A program made the position numbers and the translations under genes. The notes beneath the pieces are model-generated. The model worked only from the letters and a program-made list of their open reading frames with translations. It was not told the origin of the DNA and made no database searches. From positions 1-54,836 of IMG/VR virus record IMGVR_UViG_3300033747_000027: a stretch of 54,836 nucleotides of DNA, one strand, 5' to 3'. Shown piece after piece: positions 51,833 to 54,836 of this stretch. How positions within the stretch are numbered: the first letter of the stretch is position 1; each line of letters opens with the position of its first letter. This stretch comes from a virus (taxonomy: Duplodnaviria > Caudoviricetes).

Positions 51833-54454
51833 TTAAATTGCTATTTTATCGATTGCATCAAAAAGTGTAGGCATATCCACGTTTTGTTCAGCTCCTCGGC
51901 AATATGAAACGCCGTCAAGGAAATAACCAGGAGCTAGTTCTATTCCATAACCTATTCGCCCTTTTAGAATAGCTCTGTAAGGAGTGGTTCCAATACCCAT
52001 AAATGGATCCAAAACTATTTCTCCGGGATTGCTCATCTGCTCGATCACACGATCAGCTATATCGAATTGCATAGGACATAGATGCATCTCTTTTCCTTTG
52101 CTCCATTGTGATCCGTTCAAGGTCAGCATTCGGGTAATGTCTGTCCAGACTTCATCAGACCAGCTCTGAGGTTGCAGCAACATGAATCCGGATGGAAGCT
52201 TGCCATGAAGCTCCAGTGTTTCCGCAATGGTCACCACCTCTTCAAAGTCCCAAATCTCGTTCAAAGTGTATTTTCGGAACCACTTGAAAATCTTATCAGG
52301 CTCCATGGATGCGATCTTTTGAATTTCTTCGGGTTTCATTCCACGGTTACCGGAAGATCTTGTGTAACCAGCTGCATCCATCTGCCATCGAGCCCGGGAA
52401 TATCCGTTTGGGTTTTCGGTACCTTCTTTCCTGATGGTCTTCTTTTCCTTCACGACAGGAATGTCAGCGTAGGCGTTTGCCGTGTCGGTTGCCGGCTTAC
52501 GGAAGTATAATAAATACTCCGGCATACCTACTCCCATTTTAGTACCGTCTTTACATTGTTCAGTCCATCCTAAACGGTAGGTTTGATTATTCTCACGTAC
52601 AACATCTGTGACAATTGTTTTCATTCCCATGAAAGCAAAACCATGATTGATATAATGCCTGATGCAATCAGCGTGAAAAGGATAAACCGTCTGAACTCCC
52701 ATGCCGCTCAATCCCATCGGGACAATCCGATCCTTTACATGAATAGCTGCTATTCGCCCAGGCATTAGTTTTTTGTACAGATTAGGTGTTAGAAAGTCCA
52801 TTTGTTTAAAAAATTCCTCATTACTCTCTGAATGGCCGAAATCGGAATAATTTGGAGAGTATTCATACTGTGTTGAGAAAGGAATTGAAGTCAATATCAA
52901 CCCAACTGAATCATCTTTGATCTTGTTGTGACTTGACAATTCTTCTACATTATCGTTATTGATTACCAGAAACTTTCGACCTTCAATAACAACTCTTTCA
53001 ACTCCGATCTTTCGGGTAAGTGCCTTTGACATATCAGAATGTGAGAGGCCATATTTTTTAATTATTTCTGTCATTTTTTGCACCATTTTGTTGTGATTCT
53101 TCCATTTTGTTTCGAGAGATTTACGAACGCCCCTTTCGGCTTCTGTGTAGATCAGATCAACCCTGACCTTGTTCTTTTGCAGAAATCGTTGAAGTCGGTG
53201 AACGGATTGAATAAAGTCATTAAACTTGAAACCAATTCCGAGGTATATTGCCCAAGAACAATGCCTTTGAAAGTTACATCCTGAACCTGCAATTACCGGC
53301 TTTGCTGCAAGCTCTCGAAACCGACCATAGGTAAAGTCTAAAATTGCCTGTTCGCGCTTTTCGTAGTCCTGAGAACCGTAAATTGAAACTACATCCAGTA
53401 TGGCCTTTTCAATTTCATGGCGTTCTTTTTCTAAGTCGTGCCAGATTATACGGTGTGCGTTGATGTCCTCTTCACGAAGCTCCATCATCTTTGCAATCCG
53501 ATCATTTAGGCTCTCCCGCTTTTCCTTTGCAGCTCCTTGCAGTCCTCCAGCCGAAACATCATTGAACATCTTAAATTGACGGCCGTCTTTACCGGTACCG
53601 GCTTTTGTGTGATCGGATGGAATTTCGTGCCACCTTAAATCCAACTCAGGGAGAATGTAGCCTTTGTCATCTTCTGGGTTCATGGTTATATCGGATGGCC
53701 GATTGACGAATATCGCCCAGCTGCTCACCCATAGCCAAAATTCCTCTTCTTTGTGAGCGTGAAGTGTTAATTTGTCAGCTTTGGTTGAATCACGTTTAAA
53801 GAACCTAGTTTTAGCTTGACTTACATCCATTACCCCGAGAAAATCAGCATAGGCCAATAATTCAATGTAATCATTTGGGGAAGGGGTAGCAGTGGCAACA
53901 AAACGATATTTCACCTGATCCTCTCCACGACGGCAACCCATAGGCCCTCCGTCTCCTGTAAACAATCGCATGAACTCCCGGAATGTCTTTGAACCGCCCA
54001 AGCCTCTTAGTATGGATGCTTCATCCAATGAGGCAACATTGAATAATGACGGGTTCAACTTCCCGTCTCTAATGCTTTCGTAATTGGTCAGGTAAATACC
54101 ATCTCCTTCAAGCTCTGAATTTCGCCTGATGAATTTTGGCAAGACTTCCCATCCTAAAATATTCCGGGAATCTTGAACAAATTCCTGCCGGATATTAAGA
54201 GGGCAAACAATCAACCCCTTCCCACCTCCTGTCTTTTCCAGGGTTATTCTGACCGCTTCCAGTTGTGTAACGGTCTTATGCAAACCAAAAGAGGCAAAAC
54301 AAGCCCTTCTACCGCCTTCGACCAGCCACTTCACCATGATCTTGTTATGTGGCTTCAGTCTCGTGTTGATCAGATCAATATCCAAATCAAACCCCTGTTT
54401 CGGTGCAATCTTAATCTTGTTATGTAAAAATTGATTATACTCTGTAATTTGCAT
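51833..54454 (-). CDS. SNF2-like helicase fused to an N4/N6 DNA methyltransferase
   Basis: N-terminal FGLHKT, DEAS and ATATP; C-terminal TSIPF, HLCPMQ and DPFMGIGTT (beta-class motif order). Confidence 0.85.
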   Translation of the reverse strand: MQITEYNQFLHNKIKIAPKQGFDLDIDLINTRLKPHNKIMVKWLVEGGRRACFASFGLHKTVTQLEAVRITLEKTGGGKGLIVCPLNIRQEFVQDSRNILGWEVLPKFIRRNSELEGDGIYLTNYESIRDGKLNPSLFNVASLDEASILRGLGGSKTFREFMRLFTGDGGPMGCRRGEDQVKYRFVATATPSPNDYIELLAYADFLGVMDVSQAKTRFFKRDSTKADKLTLHAHKEEEFWLWVSSWAIFVNRPSDITMNPEDDKGYILPELDLRWHEIPSDHTKAGTGKDGRQFKMFNDVSAGGLQGAAKEKRESLNDRIAKMMELREEDINAHRIIWHDLEKERHEIEKAILDVVSIYGSQDYEKREQAILDFTYGRFRELAAKPVIAGSGCNFQRHCSWAIYLGIGFKFNDFIQSVHRLQRFLQKNKVRVDLIYTEAERGVRKSLETKWKNHNKMVQKMTEIIKKYGLSHSDMSKALTRKIGVERVVIEGRKFLVINNDNVEELSSHNKIKDDSVGLILTSIPFSTQYEYSPNYSDFGHSESNEEFFKQMDFLTPNLYKKLMPGRIAAIHVKDRIVPMGLSGMGVQTVYPFHADCIRHYINHGFAFMGMKTIVTDVVRENNQTYRLGWTEQCKDGTKMGVGMPEYLLYFRKPATDTANAYADIPVVKEKKTIRKEGTENPNGYSRARWQMDAAGYTRSSGNRGMKPEEIQKIASMEPDKIFKWFRKYTLNEIWDFEEVVTIAETLELHGKLPSGFMLLQPQSWSDEVWTDITRMLTLNGSQWSKGKEMHLCPMQFDIADRVIEQMSNPGEIVLDPFMGIGTTPYRAILKGRIGYGIELAPGYFLDGVSYCRGAEQNVDMPTLFDAIDKIAI

Positions 54455-54519
54455 AGCGTCTGATTTTGACGCCCTGCGTTGCGAAGAAAAGTGTTAAGAA
54501 CAGTAGTGAAAATTTGGCA

Positions 54520-54604
54520 TAAAAAAAGCCGGAGCACGAACTTTCGTTCATGTCCAACTCGCTTAACTCAGTGCAATAATAAAAGCATTTTTTTAAAATT
54601 GCAA
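54520..54604 (-). promoter_or_regulatory. Promoter followed by an intrinsic terminator in the leader of the replication operon
   Basis: TTG (54602-04)-N20-TATTATTG (54574-81), then AGTTGGACATGAAC-GAAA-GTTCGTGCTCCGGCT and a T-tract on the - strand. Confidence 0.6.
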
Positions 54605-54620
54605 CTTATACCGAAATTAT

Positions 54621-54836
54621 TTATTTCAATAAGTCCAAAACCTTTCTGTTAACTTCGTCATATATAGAGTAATCAATCTCAATATAAATATCTGCCATTT
54701 TATAATCGTTGTTGACGTGTCCAAGGCAAAAGTCAATATCAGCTTTCGAAATTCCGGCTTTGTTCCTTGCCAGGCTTGCCCATGTATGACGAGCCCAATT
54801 TGTGGTGATCTTTGGATACTCCAACGTTTTGCAAAT
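54621..54836 (-). CDS. Tyrosine integrase, C-terminal part (ORF open to the window edge)
   Basis: WARHTWASLAR...LGH...IY box II motifs. Confidence 0.85.
   Translation of the reverse strand: MCKTLEYPKITTNWARHTWASLARNKAGISKADIDFCLGHVNNDYKMADIYIEIDYSIYDEVNRKVLDLLK

Larger units (their letters stand above)
1..54836. mobile_element. Temperate siphovirus-like prophage of a Bacteroidota host (near complete; att sites not identified)
   Basis: Lysogeny, recombination, replication, packaging, head, tail (tape measure, no sheath) and lysis modules are all present. No host housekeeping context is visible. Confidence 0.93.

Noticed and set aside
17600-54620. Whole - arm as a recombinase-invertible segment
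   Set aside because: No inverted repeats found at its ends; the shared 2574/54471 blocks are in direct orientation.
1-54836. Stop-codon reassignment
   Set aside because: Genes are full length and densely packed under the standard code, with TAA, TAG and TGA all used as stops.

Overview
The window is almost entirely one temperate siphovirus-type prophage of a Bacteroidota host. Host assignment rests on TAnnTTTG promoters, A-rich starts lacking Shine-Dalgarno sites, and the gene families present. It has two convergent arms. The + arm (1.5-17.6 kb) starts at a CI(S24)/Cro switch and carries a LuxR regulator, an AAA ATPase, a RecT-like protein, an MBL hydrolase, an SNF2 helicase, ASCH, DUF5131 and many small ORFs. 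The - arm (54.8 to 17.65 kb) carries an integrase C-terminus, a helicase-methyltransferase, DnaN, a PRTRC ubiquitin-like module, a replication initiator, DnaB, a sigma-like activator, an antirepressor, and packaging, head, tail and lysis genes. The top finding is an integron-like system at 15.4-17.6 kb: an IntI-like tyrosine recombinase, a reconstructable attI-like empty site and two cassettes. Their attC-like hairpins are very large (about 280 and 760 bp) and hold genes inside their loops, including an HslV/proteasome-like peptidase. Other leads: a PRTRC module next to the phage sliding clamp with a clamp-binding-like motif; a promoter-driven sRNA abutting a MuF tRNase-like toxin that has no immunity ORF; a tRNA-like RNA with no anticodon arm; sequence blocks shared by the two arms that could act as a trans-antisense antiterminator; a repeated candidate late-promoter motif; and an orphan iteron array. 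All product calls come from motif recognition by eye; no database searches were run.
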